A stretch of DNA of 64,000 bases, from the NCBI RefSeq assembly GCF_006345805.1, contig NC_043009.1, positions 44,826,001 to 44,890,000 of the forward strand. The letters run 5' to 3'. This document shows, piece by piece, positions 1-12,270 of this stretch. Made by a program: the position numbers and the translations under genes. Within the stretch, counting starts at the first letter, position 1, and each line of letters starts with the position of its first letter. The notes below the pieces were generated by a model. The model was not told the DNA's origin. It searched no databases and worked only from the letters and a program-made list of their open reading frames with translations. Source of the DNA: Octopus sinensis. Taxonomy: Eukaryota.

Positions 1-147
1 TTACATATATACATATACATATATACATATATATATAATACATATATATATATATACATATACATATATATATATACATATATACATATACATATATACA
101 TATACATATATATATATACATATACATATATACATATATATATATAC

Positions 148-180
<33 letters not shown>

Positions 181-270
181 CATATATACATAAACATATA
201 TACATATATACATATATATAATATATATATATATACATATACATATACATATATATATATATATATATAT
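1..270. repeat. Compound (TA)n/(TATACA)n microsatellite
   Basis: Nearly pure alternating TA with interspersed CA; source of the spurious YIYI ORFs. Confidence 0.95.
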
Positions 271-300
271 AAGAGACAGGGTATGTACGCCGCTATATAT

Positions 301-547
301 ATATGTATACAAAATACAAACTGGGACAAGAACGCAAAACATTATGATGACGACACAAAAAACATGGACGGGACATTTGAAGCCTTCAATCTTCGGTCAA
401 GAACTAGATCATCCTCGCACAGCCGAAATTGCGAGGATGACCCGATTCTTGACCGAAGATTGAAGGCTTCGAATGTCCCGTCCGTGTTCTTTGTGTTGTC
501 ATCATAATGTTTTGCGCTCTTGTCCCAGTTTGTATCTTTTATACATA
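301..547. mobile_element. Foldback (long inverted repeat) element embedded in (TA)n, Penelope-type palindrome
   Basis: Arms ~315-419 and ~430-534 are reverse complements with a few mismatches (tacaaactgggacaag...tcatcctcgca / tgcgaggatga...cttgtcccagtttgta), 10-nt loop, TA repeats on both sides. Family assignment is inference. Confidence 0.75.
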
Positions 548-686
548 TATATATATATATATACATATACATACATATATATATGCATATATATATACAT
601 ATATGTATGCATATACATATATATATGCATATACATATACATACATATATATATGCATATACATATACATACATATATATATATGC

Positions 687-727
<41 letters not shown>
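538..727. repeat. (TA)n/(TATATGCATATACA)n compound microsatellite
   Basis: Direct reading. Confidence 0.95.
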
Positions 728-731
<4 letters not shown>

Positions 732-1674
732 TCCAGATTAAAGCTGACAGAAATGTAGAGAGGCTTCTGCTGCATTTCAAACCATCCTGCTCAGGCCCCC
801 AGTTTAGGATCACACAGAAACTATATTGCTATACAAGCAAAAGCCAGCTAAAAGAAGTCAACTTTTGCCAAAAAAAGGTATTAACACCTGTGTGAACAAA
901 GTTTAACCAATCAGATCAGCTGCTGTGAAACTAAATAGTGATAAACTTGAAAGTAAGTTTTGCGAATTTTCTTGCCAAATAGTTTGGCCAAAAGTTCTAG
1001 AAGCACGACTAAGTGTTATAAAAAGCTGAGATACTGAACTCCCAAAGTGAACAACTACACAGAACTCTGTTAAGCAGTTTTGAGATAAGGTGTCCTCATG
1101 ATTTCTACTTGTTCTGTTTTTAATAACCATGAACAGTTTTCACATAAACCACTAAAATATTTCACTCAATGAAGACTTTTAATGTTCACTTTCACTATTT
1201 CTTCTACGAAGTTGCATTCAAATAATTGTTGCACATACATGAATGTAAATGTCCTGGGTAATAAAAAAAATATGGAAACTTATACAAATATTAGAGCAAT
1301 CATTCCTTCCTTCTCACACAACCTACCTTATACTGCAACAACAATGACCCGCTGAATCAATTCTGATTTTTTATGAAAGAATTTATTTGGGTGTGTTTGG
1401 CTGGTTTGGGTGGTGGTTGTTTAAGCCCAGATCAGCCCCATTAAGCAAGTAGGTCTATGATCAAAGATATGCTAACCATGTCTCTCTTATTTTTGTTCAC
1501 AAATAGAACTACATTATCCAAGTGGGTGTGAGCTGAGAGAAATATGGACTACTGTTTCTAACAGATCACATGGCAATGTAGACACTCTGTTGTTTTTTGT
1601 TTTAGATAATGACAGGGAAGACAACAGTATCCATTGATTTACCAGAGTGAGATTAATATAATTATTATTCTAAT

Positions 1675-2185
1675 CCTTTTGTTACCATATTTCTGTTGAA
1701 ATGCATTGCTTTTGTTCCAATTAATTTTTTAAATAATGAAGAATTTAATAAAATAATATGGAAAATAATACAGAATTTAGTAAAATGATTTTGTCAATAT
1801 ATAGCTGGTGTTTGAAACATAATATAAAAAAAAATAAATGCACCCTTTTAAAGCCTAGCCAGGCTCATGGGACCAGTTTCCTGGTTTCAATGGTGTATGT
1901 GTTCCCCAGCTGGATGGGACGCCAGTCCATCGCAGCGTTACTCATTTTTGCCACCTGAGTGGACTGGAGCATTGTGAAATGAAGTGTTTTGCTCAAGAAC
2001 ACAACGTGTCGCCCAGTCCAGAAATCAAAACCACAATCTTACGATCATGATGCCGACACCCTAACCACTAAGCCACGTGCCTCCACATTTGAAACATAAA
2101 TTGACATAAAATTTTGATGGAAAGTTTTAATTTAGTTTGTATGATAGAACCAGGGGTGGTTTCAGGTGGATTGATAACAAAAGGG
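1675..2185. mobile_element. Degenerate TTAA-type (piggyBac-like) MITE interrupted by a SINE
   Basis: Ends ccttttgttac.../...taacaaaaggg near TTAA-like sites; the body motif (aaataatgaagaatttagtaaaat, aaattttgatggaagg) recurs at ~43480-43700, 45880-46100, 46210-46431 and 61940-62170. Confidence 0.55.
1823..2087 (-). mobile_element. tRNA-derived SINE with a Meta/V-like central domain, full length
   Basis: Minus-strand head TGGCTTAGTGG (A box) plus a degenerate B box; central gctgcgatggactggcgtcccatccag; T-rich tail; 12-bp TSD tttgaaacataa at 1811-1822 and 2088-2099. Second copy at 57763-57998. Confidence 0.85.
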
Positions 2186-2916
2186 TTCAGTTAAAATTAT
2201 TTTAACTGGTATAAATGAGAGCAGTTTGGAAATTCTGATGAGGAATAGTTCTGCAGGTAAAGAATTGGGGAAACTGATTTGATATTGGCACTAAAAGGAG
2301 CAAGATAAAGAAGAAGAATATGGAGGAGAAAGCAGTGGGTGGGTTCAGGTTGAGGTAAAAAATATAGTGTCACTAAGTTCAGAGGAGTAGTGGCAGCAGT
2401 AGTAGTGATAGAGATGACAAAGGGAGGACCCTGCATATTTTGTGGGAAGTGATTGTAAATGGCTTAAAAGCCATTTGGAACAAGTGCCACAGGAGGGAAA
2501 TTGTTAGTGAAGGATAGCTTGTCTTTATCTAAGTATATTTTGAAAAAAAAATTCCCGATACCAACACGAGGATATCGGATATCGTATAACTTGGTAACTA
2601 ATTAACTTGGCTCCGCTTTACAACTTCCTCTCTGTCCCTGTTTATACTACTTACCTGCAAGAATTTCAGCTTAACATTAAGTATACATTAACCTCATCTA
2701 GTTCTCAACCAAAAGTAATAAAGCTATATGTACTCTGCCCTTGCTAATCACCAACTAAAAAGATACATATATTATGTTACCCTCTAATTGAAGTATACAC
2801 ACACATGTACATTTGCAGATAGACTCACACCCTACTCAAAATCTTCATCATGCACATCTACTACACCTACACACACTGTTTGTGATGGAAGTAGCAACAG
2901 ATCAGAAAACACTCAC

Positions 2917-3115
2917 CTCTGTAAGTTGGAGTAAATTCCTTCAACTCTGGGGGTAGAGTTTCATAGAAATAACGCTCGCGAGAGGTGAGAGGTTTGCAAA
3001 GGGTTGTATCATTGAAGTGAAGGACTGAGCAATGACCCCCTACTTGGTGATTGTAGGGTTTCAGCTCGACTAGTCCAGACATCGCCAACTCTGTGTCCAT
3101 AACCAGCTCAGGCAT
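2917..3115 (-). CDS. IP6K: Inositol hexakisphosphate kinase, first coding exon (N-terminus; gene continues left of the window)
   Basis: [67 protein letters not shown] matches the conserved IP6K1/2/3 N-terminus (HQVGGH...CKPL..RE..FYE.LP.E.KEFTP.Y.G). Donor G|GTGAGT at 2916 (phase 1, as I recall for vertebrate IP6Ks). Strong acceptor ttttttctctttttcag| puts the exon start at 3151; in-frame TGA just upstream of ATG 3115. Confidence 0.93.
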
Positions 3116-6100
3116 TCTTAACAATCAGTCAAGAACCACGATACAAACAAACTGAAAAAGAGAAAAAACACAGAAATTACTTTAAATATAAAACTAATTA
3201 ATAATACAAATAAGAAAATAAATTTGACAGAGGAGAAATTTCATTGTGAAAAAGAATAAATATGAAATACAATTGAACCTTTTTATTATAAATCTGTAGA
3301 ATTATACTGCCTTTGTCTCAATTAATTTTGAGAAATATGAAGAGTTTAATAAAATAATATTGTCATTAAACTGAAGTTTTCTATTATAGGCTGGTAGAAT
3401 TGTAAGAATGCGATATAAACACCATGACGTATTTCTTCCAGCTCTTTACATCCTGATTTCAAATTTCACAGCAATCAACTTTGGCATTCATCCTATCAAG
3501 GTTGATAAAATAAATTACTAGTAGAGGTGGGTGGTATCAACTAACTCCATCCCTTGAAAAATATTGGCTGTAAGATGAAATTTTGATGGAAGCGTTTAAC
3601 TTAAATCATGTTTAAAACGGAACGTTTCTATCAGAGAACTGGGTGGATTGGTGTAAACCTACTTTTGATATCAACCTACTTGAGACCACCCTTGATTCTA
3701 CGATATAAACATAAGAAATATATGAAAATCCTGTGAATTCATCGAACCATTTTTGAGACAAGTAAAATAAGATGATTAGCTTTTACAAAGATAGCAGCAG
3801 TAAAAACTAAAAATATATCTTATATCATTTGTATAAAAAAAATAAATAACATTGAAGAGAGAAAAACAGAAGAAACTGAAATTACTTATGGATGTATTCA
3901 CATGTTTATGATAAATAAGTGAATGTCTTTTTCAGAATCGTGAGAATATTGTGAAGAGATTACTTTTAAAATTATTTCCTTGTTTCTTTGTGCTCTGGGA
4001 AGCATTCACGAGGAAAAGCTTTTCAACAGACAGAAGGGGAAAAGTAGTAAAACAAGACTTCCACATTCAAATGATCTAACAATGTGGAAGGTTGTTAAGG
4101 ACACTGTGATGAAAAAGTTTAGAATTAATAAACAGATGGTGACTTTGAAATAATGAGGGAGCCTCTACACAACATACTGCATCAACCTGCTAGAAATAAC
4201 AGCCTGATTTTCCTCAAATTACATCCTAATATCTCTTAGCACATCACAATCTGCATAATTTAATATTAGTCTTTCATGCTGGCAGGAATTGGAAGGTTCA
4301 ACAGGAACCACAAGTCAGAAGGCTATATCAAGCTCCAATGTCTGCTGTGATATAGTTTCTATGACTGGATGTTCTTCATAATACCAACCACTTTACAACA
4401 TGTATCAGACACTTTTCTTGTGGCACCATATTAACATATTAAGGAGATCACTATATCAACCTGCAAGACTAAAAAAGCTCCCTAGGCTAAATGAGAGTAT
4501 AGTAGAGGTGGGGCGGCTTTATGTTAAATGTTGAGAGGCTAAAACATGACAGAGGATCATATCAGGTAAAATACAGTCCTAGATACACAGTGCATGAATA
4601 AAAGATATGATCATTACAACTGAAACATTTTGATCAGTGCTAACTTAGAGTCAGACATCCCACCAAAAATACTCTTTGCAGCTCAATCCTGTTTTAGCAA
4701 AAAGTAGAGCATGCGGTGTGAAGTACTGGCTCTGTGCACATTCTCAATGGATATATGCTCGACTAGATTTGCCTAAAAGATGACCTCAACCAGAACTAAC
4801 AGAGACTATACAACCCAAAAGTAGCTGAATGGATAAGCTACTGGATTAGCAGCACATGAGTCACAGATCATATCAGCTGCAATTGTTTCATTGTGTGCAT
4901 ACATGTGTGTGAGGGGGAGAAGAAGGGCATGTTTTGATTGTTTTGCACGCAAAAATATTAAAATGCTTCAGACAGTCATGCTAAAGAAGTTAATAGAGTA
5001 TGTATACACACATACATATATATAGGTATATAAATATATATATATATGTGTATATATATATATATAAATTTCTATACATATATATATATTTATACATGTA
5101 TTAATATGACTTAGCTTATATAGGTTGGCCATTAATATCTCAGGCCATGTCTAAATGTGTGTGTGTGTGTGTGTGCATGTACAATGGCTGTGTTACTGGT
5201 TGTACCCACAGATACTGTCTCAAAAGACAAAGACGATTGGATATTTTGTTTCATTTTCTTTCATGTTTAAATTATAAATCGAAAAAAATTGTTCACAAAT
5301 ACGAACATGTTATATTTCATGATTATTTTTAAAATTGTAACTGCCCTTTCCAATTTTATCCTTTAGCCATAGGGATTGTTTCTGCTCTAGAAACAGAAAT
5401 TTCCTGTAGTCTTTAAGAACTTCTAAATTGAAATGCAGTTTTAAATTGAAATACCACTTTTATATATATCTAAAGAAGAATGTAAAAGGAAAAAAATCTT
5501 CAACCACTTTTTCTATTCATAAGTCTTTATATACTCCAATCCTTCAAGCGTTAATCACCAACTCTGATACATCATCCATCTATACAAAATATCAATGTTT
5601 CTCATATCTGCTAATCTTAGATTCTGACCCAACTTTTACAATAGTTGATATTTCATGAGCATTACTTTTACTATTTAAAACATGGAATACTTAAATGTTA
5701 TAGCTCCCATGGGAGCCATCATCGTCATCATCATTTAATAACCATCTTCCAGACAGGCATGGTTTGGACAGTTCAATAGGATCTAAGAAGTCAAACTCCA
5801 GTGTCTGCTTTGGCATAATTTCTACTGTTGGATGCCCTACTTATTGCCAACCATTTTAGATATTGGACAGTGTTCTTTTTTTTTTGTTTTTGTAACACCA
5901 GCACTAGTGAGGTCACCATGTACCTCAAAAGACAAAAAGTGCTTTCTGAGATACATGGCTAGCCCAACATTATATAAAGTGGGTAAGAATTGCTGGACAG
6001 CAAGTAAAAGAGTGATAGCGATATGTAAGGACGTACCCTCAAGGTACAAGAAGGTGAATAGTGAGAGCAGAGACAGAAGTTCAGAAAGGACAGGGTGGGT

Positions 6101-6724
6101 AACATTGCAAGAGTGTACAAAGATGGGTGACATAAGTTTGGAGATAGGGGTACAGGTCAATGTCATAAATAGTGAACAAGAGTGAACGTCTGACCGATGG
6201 TATATATATCAGTTTGGGATTGGGAGGGTAATAAGAGACAGTACAGAAAGAGTGGAGAATGGCAGAATGATATATTTGTAAACAGGTGAGAAATGTGGTG
6301 GAGATGATGTGAGGGAGGTGGTGTTTAAAGGAGAAGAGCGTGGGAAAGAGAGAGGGAGAGAGAGAGAGAGAGAGAGAGAGCAGTATATTTAACATTAAAA
6401 AAAGATTAAGTGTATATATATATAAATATAATCAAAGGAATGCTTGTAGCAAGTGCTATTAAGTACTAAATGAGCCAATCTAAAGAAAATTAGTTCTGTT
6501 ACTAATTATGAGTAACAAATATGAGAGAATGAAGACAATGCTGTGTTTGTTCATTGTTAACATGTTCCAGCAGAGATGAACGTGAATATAACTTTTCATT
6601 GTGAGACATTCATGTCCAAGTCAATCAAAATGTTTTTAAGAGCGAACAGACACATTGCAAATATTTGGAATCGGTCCCAGACACATTCTCATTAAAACAT
6701 TGCATATATATAACTTTTACTTGA

Positions 6725-7145
6725 TTCAGTCATTGGACGGCGGCCATGCTGGAAGTACCGCCTTGAAGGGTTTAGTCGAACAAATTGACCACAGGACTTA
6801 TGCTTTTATGTTGGGTACTCTTGGTCTCTTTTCTCAAACTGTTAAAGTAGAGAAACATAAACAAACTAACACCAGTAGTCAGGTAGTGGTGGGGAACAAA
6901 CAAACACAAACACATCATCATCATTTAGAATCCGTTTTCCATGCTGACATAGTTTGGACGGTTTAACTGGAACTGGTGATTTACAGAAATATGTATATAT
7001 TTATTATATATAGCAGACTTCTTTCAGTTTCAATCAACCAAATCCACTCACAAAGCCCTGGTCGACCTGAGGCTACAGTAGAAGATACTTGCCCAAGGTG
7101 CCATGTGGTTGGGAAACTAACTCCTTACCACACAGCTCTACCCAT
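6725..7145 (-). mobile_element. tRNA-derived SINE (family A), degraded, with a nested (CAT)n-tailed fragment
   Basis: Reverse complement of the family A consensus seen at 19197-19600 (ttcagtcatt...gcggccatgctgga...; acttgcccaaggtgcc). Confidence 0.75.
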
Positions 7146-7248
7146 AACATATATTATGAATTTGCTTAGGGATAGCGATAACCCATTGTTAGAACTCAAT
7201 GTACTTATGCTTTAGAGTAAAGTGTTAGGTCAGTACAGAGCATTATAT

Positions 7249-7665
7249 GGATCTTTTCGGTTTGAACGGCAGTTTTTTAAAATAATTTCTAGGTAACTAA
7301 AAAATTTGAAACTTCGTATACTGGTAGAATGTGTTTATAAAACATCTTTTTCTCTTGGCTTTATTGAGAAAATTCTATAGTTTGTAAGATATTTGTTGTT
7401 GTTTTTTTTCTTCAATTTCTGCAATTTCAACCAATCACTGACGTCTATTGAGATAGAAAACATTCTGTGCCGTATGAATATGTCCCTCGTTTAAGAAACA
7501 GATTGGGTTTTTTTTACATTTGTGAAGAAAAAAAGATACTCTTCTCCCCACACTCTAACCCTAAAACAGATAGAAATGCAATAGATCGATACTAGGGTCA
7601 TAATTATGGGTGACAATTTCATATGACACAGCTAGAAAAAACTGCCGTTCAAACCGAAAAGATCC
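7249..7665. mobile_element. 417-bp MITE with 30-bp perfect TIRs and 8-bp TSD (Merlin- or MULE-type termini)
   Basis: TIR GGATCTTTTCGGTTTGAACGGCAGTTTTTT at 7249-7278 and its reverse complement at 7636-7665; TSD cattatat at 7241-7248 and 7666-7673. Confidence 0.9.
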
Positions 7666-8181
7666 CATTATATCAATTATTTAATGACAAAAGAACAGGA
7701 GTGACATAGGAGTCACTTGCTTACAGCTCTTTCTACAATAAGAAGTACACTCAAAGTTAAGTGGTTGTACAACATCCTATGTACAGCTATAAGTTAACAG
7801 AGGGGATTATGAACTCTGGTCCTTTTGTCATTCATTAATTGATTGATATATGCAGGCTTCAATCAGGATTGGCCCAATTCCGTGACTAATTTACTAACAC
7901 CACATGGAGAAAGACATTTAATCAGGTTTCGTGTTACAGATTGATTTATTTTTGGGTTCCATAGCACATTTACGTAAAGAGTTAATGTTTGGAGAGATAT
8001 CACTTGACAAGTTGGAGATTATCGTGCATGCGTGACAAGAAAAGTTGACCGCAGTGCAGTTTGATCTCTTTATATGGAGAGCATTGACTGTCGTAAGATT
8101 TAGCGCTCAGAAAACGGGGTCGTCCATATATAAAGATGACAGAGCGTTAATCGTAGTGAATCTACTGGCACCATTGAATAC

Positions 8182-8373
8182 CTGCAATGACTAGACAAGA
8201 CAAAATCTGCTTCCAGCGGGGTTTGCTGTCTAAAAGCACATCTTTCAGGAAGATTTCTCTATCATTCATCAAATAACACTACAAGAATCCGAAGCGCGTG
8301 GTGTAAACTACAACTCGTACTAACCAAAGTAGTCCTTATTATTTCTTGTAGCGAGTAGATAAATAGCAAGATA
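8182..8373 (-). other. Candidate IP6K 5' leader exon (192 nt) carrying the start of a uORF
   Basis: Long polypyrimidine acceptor (...ttctttttcttttcatcag|) before 8373; donor CAG|GTATTC after 8182; unique, CpG-retaining sequence in the same orientation as IP6K. No transcript evidence available. Confidence 0.5.
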
Positions 8374-11300
8374 CTGATGAAAAGAAAAAGAAAAAAAGCG
8401 CCGCCTGTCCCACGCATGTTCACGTGTGATAACACATGATTTCTGAAACCTGTGGTAACTCGAGTCTCTGGCTGTTGTTTTCCCACCACCGTCGCCGAGT
8501 TTTTCGACACGTTTCTCATAATCCACGTGTATAACTATGCTATATCTTAAAATCGTAGATATAATAGATATATGTCATAGGAAACGTAAACACTTATTAT
8601 TGTTATCAAATAAGAATATCCATGCCAATGCCCGCACGCATTACATACATACATACACCCAGTCATAAATAACTGAATCCCGTGTTTTATACGTAATAGC
8701 TCTAATGTGAACAATAAGGTGGGGGGGGGAGATAGAGATAAAGAGAGAGAAACTGGCCTAGATAGGTTACAAAATAGACTAAACCACGTGCTTGAAATGC
8801 AGTCGTAAGGGACGGCGGTGTCGAAATAAGTGTACTTTAATAAACAAATAGAAAACACACACGAGTATGTGTGTGCTTTAGTATAGTTATGAATACGTCA
8901 CTGTTGGCGAGAAGCATAGAATGTAGCTGAATTTTGTAAGCAGCAGATACGAGGGTAATGGTGGAGAGACAAGCTGTATAACATTTACGGTCAGAGCGAG
9001 AGAAGTCACGTGTTTATACATGTGATTCATTAAAGTGTAGAGGCGCGCGCGCGCGTGTATATGGATGTATGCGTGTGTGTGTGTGTGTATGTTTTCTACT
9101 TATTTCAGTCATACTTACGGCCATGGTGGGGCATCACCATGGTAAATTTTTAGTCGAATGAATCGACTCCAATACTTATTTTCTCTGAGCCTGGTAATTA
9201 TTCTATCCCAGTCTCTTTTAACTAACTGCTAAGTTCTATATTATATGTGTGTGTGTGGAGCAATTGACAAGTTGAGTAGGTTGTTTTTTGCCCCCCGTCT
9301 TTTGTTGTCTTTTTATTTTCAAATTACAACCACAAATAAATATTTTACAATTTTATTACTTTTTTTAAAAAAAAATACTTTGTAATGATTAATGTTTCGT
9401 ATTCGGGAATGTCTATTCTGTGAGTTAGAAGAATGTCTTTTGTTACGCGTTGCTTCAAATACCATTTCAAACCAACACATTAATCAACAAACATGCAATA
9501 TATTATCATCATTATTATTATTATTATTATTATTAATTTCATTATTATTACTATTATTATTAAAGAACTCATCATCATTATCATCATTCAGAGTGCACGT
9601 TCATGATAGTAAATATAAAGTATAATTATTATAAATAACAGCCACAAGGTCCTGACATCAAAAGTGTGAAAAGTAAAGGGTGGTGAAACGTGTCGTTCGA
9701 CAATGACAATTCCGTGGAATAACCTGCTGAGTGACTGAATATCTCAGTGACATGTGTACCCTTATAGCATTTCCCAGAATGACACGGCGTGTGACAAGGT
9801 CGTATTTTTTTTTTCTTCTTTAAATTGCAGGTACATTTCACCTGACTGGCTTTTATACAGTCTCCGTCTGCCCAGTTTCACTCACAAGGTATGAGCTGAC
9901 CTGAGGCTACAAAAAAAAAAAAACCCGCATTTGATGAAGGTGTCATGCACCGGAATCGAACACGGGACTTTGTAAGAGAAAAGTTACGCAATGCATGCAG
10001 AAGAGTTTACGTATTCGCTCGAAGCAGGTAATTCACTCCCACGCAGAGTTCCGTCTCGTGCGATCTTTTAGGCAACAAAAATTAATAGTGAAACTTAATG
10101 GTGGGCGGAGGTCTACAGAAGCGGGACGCAATGCCTTCGCGCCCACATGGTGTTCATGAAGTCCTTGTGAAACACACTTCGTGCGCTTGTGTGATTATCA
10201 GAGGCGATATCTGTCTCCGTGAGAAAACTTTAATTACAAAGTCAATTAATGCCATTTTTCAAATTAGATTCACTCGTTTGTGTTATAAATTACAAAGAAG
10301 TAATTAAGGAAAAAGGAAAGCAAAATAAATTAAAAGCCCATGTTTCTAATAATGACGTAGATATTAGAAGATTAACAAACCCAGGGGACGACAAAATTAA
10401 TGATCGGTTGATTGATTTATTTATTGGTAGCGATCGTTTGGTAAATGTTTGTTGGGAAATATTGGTTGAGAGAGAGTAAATAATGTTGACAAGATATGAA
10501 GACAATTAGAAATGGTGGATCGCTTATTGATTGCTTTCGAGGACATTGGGCAAAGAAAGGGAAGTGACAATCACCAGTCGAAGCTTGGCTGCAGACTCGA
10601 CTCAGAGAGAGAAAGAAAGTTAACTATACTGCTGTGGTTGAAAAAGCAACAGACGACTTCATTTGGCAACAGTAAAAGCAGGAGAAAAGTACAAAAAGAA
10701 ATATTAATCATGATTTACAACTGTGATAATTTATTCGACCGCAAACTCTGTGTGTGTGTGTTCCGCCTAAAATGCTATATATTTCCGTTTTGTCTCCTTC
10801 CCACAACCCAACTTGAGTCCCATCTTTTTGAAACTGCTTAGTAAATTTGATAATAGAAACACACTTCCGGTTTGTATTAGTCTCTCCCACCCAAAATCTC
10901 AAATATTCCACCCACGCGTCTCTCTATCAATCTATCTATCTCAATTCCAGAGAGCATCAAAACTATAGCCATAGTTCCACTTTATCTTATATTCCACCTC
11001 TTGTGAATAATGAATATAAAAATAGCACATTAATTCTTCAACTTCAAATAACTCATAAAATTCTGAACTACCACCTGGAAAAAAAAATGGGGTTCTATTT
11101 GTCTTCTGCGCTATGCTATTTATCTGATAGCTAAACCTCATTATCATAATCACACACCTAAAACCTGATTTCTCATAGTGTAGACTGACGCGGCTTACAC
11201 AAACATGCGCGCGCGCGCATCTGTTATCTGACCCACCTTGTCCTATCACTTGTCATTCCCCCAATAAGATCCTGTATTCGTAATTCCAGGATTTCCGGAG

Positions 11301-11495
11301 ACTACATTTTCACTTTGTACAACTAAACCACATTTACACAACCGGTCCTATTTGCCCAATATCACAAGTACGTTTATCTTATGAACACATCACACTGGTT
11401 AATCCTCGAACACCCTTGAAGTTCACATCCTAAAGTCAATGTTTTTTTACGTTCTGCGTTCAAGTGCTACCGAGCTGACTTTTTGCCACACTTAC

Positions 11496-11700
11496 CTCCA
11501 TGGTCGACAGGTGCCAGTTATATTTCTGCCTCAGAACCTTACTAGTGGATGTGATTGCGTTACGCAGCAAAAATGACAGTCACCAACTGTTGAATATGCC
11601 AAGCATTGCTCAATCAAAATGAATTCGTTGAGAGTAACTGTATTAGTAAAGCAATTGCTGACTTAGATATTCCTCAACATTCTTTTGATTTTTAAAAATT
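11496..11700 (-). other. Candidate IP6K first (or internal UTR) exon ending in ATG-GAG|GTAAGT
   Basis: Perfect consensus donor GAG|GTAAGT (intron starts at 11495) preceded by gaccATGG; the 5' boundary is uncertain (possible acceptor near 11638). Confidence 0.4.
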
Positions 11701-11815
11701 TTGTCTCATAGCTGGGGTTGTTGTATTTGGTATAAGTAATTGGGTGGGGTGTTTATTGGGCATTTCCTGGTGACATCACGTTTTTGTTTTACTACGAGGC
11801 AGAAATTGGAAAGCA
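11700..11815 (-). promoter_or_regulatory. Possible IP6K promoter
   Basis: Three ATTGG/CCAAT boxes (~11740, 11756, 11806) and a CRE-like TGACATCA (~11771) just upstream of the candidate exon, in unique CpG-retaining DNA. These short motifs can occur by chance. Confidence 0.3.
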
Positions 11816-12089
11816 AATTTTTATAGAATAGGCGTTCGTGGTATAAGAGTAGGAAAAATTTCTCTTAAATCTAGAAAACTAAAACCAACTGTAATGATTA
11901 AGGCTGTATTTTCCAACACAACAAATATGGAATCAGTTCAGTTAAAAGAGGAAAATACATTTAAAGCGAAATTTTATTACGTCATCAAGAAAGAATTAAA
12001 TTACATTTAACATGTTTTATGAAATGCACATAAAAAAAAGCTAAGTAAAAATAATTATACAACAGAAACTCATTAGTCATTCAGTAATA

Positions 12090-12270
12090 TTGGTTTCAAT
12101 TTTTGGTACAAGACCAGCAGTTTCGGGGGAGTCAAATGCATTGAATCCAGTGCTTAACTGGTATTTACTTTATCAACCCCAAAAGGATGAAAGGCAAAGC
12201 CGACCTCGGCAGAATTTGAACTCAGAACACGAAGACAGGCGAAATACCGCAGTGCCAAGTTCAACGCCCT
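12090..12270 (-). mobile_element. tRNA-derived SINE (family B), partial
   Basis: Shares aaaggatgaaaggcaaagtcgacctcggcggaatttgaactcagaac with full copies at 32894-33124 and 39186-39415. Confidence 0.75.

Noticed and set aside
1-895. Long YIYI/CICI ORFs here and at 15011-15418, 24482-24869, 26177-26663 and 55579-55980
   Set aside because: Translations of microsatellites that lack stop codons by composition.
730-2900. Next IP6K coding exon
   Set aside because: No frame resembles the following IP6K region; the consensus donor near 2655 lies in repeat-like sequence. The next exon is probably outside the window.
5832-6185. Overlapping ~110-aa ORFs on both strands
   Set aside because: Contiguous with a family C retroposon fragment, no recognisable domain and no splice support.
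8320-8526. 68-aa ORF from the track
   Set aside because: Starts at GTG and runs through a polypyrimidine tract and acceptor; better explained as intron plus UTR exon.
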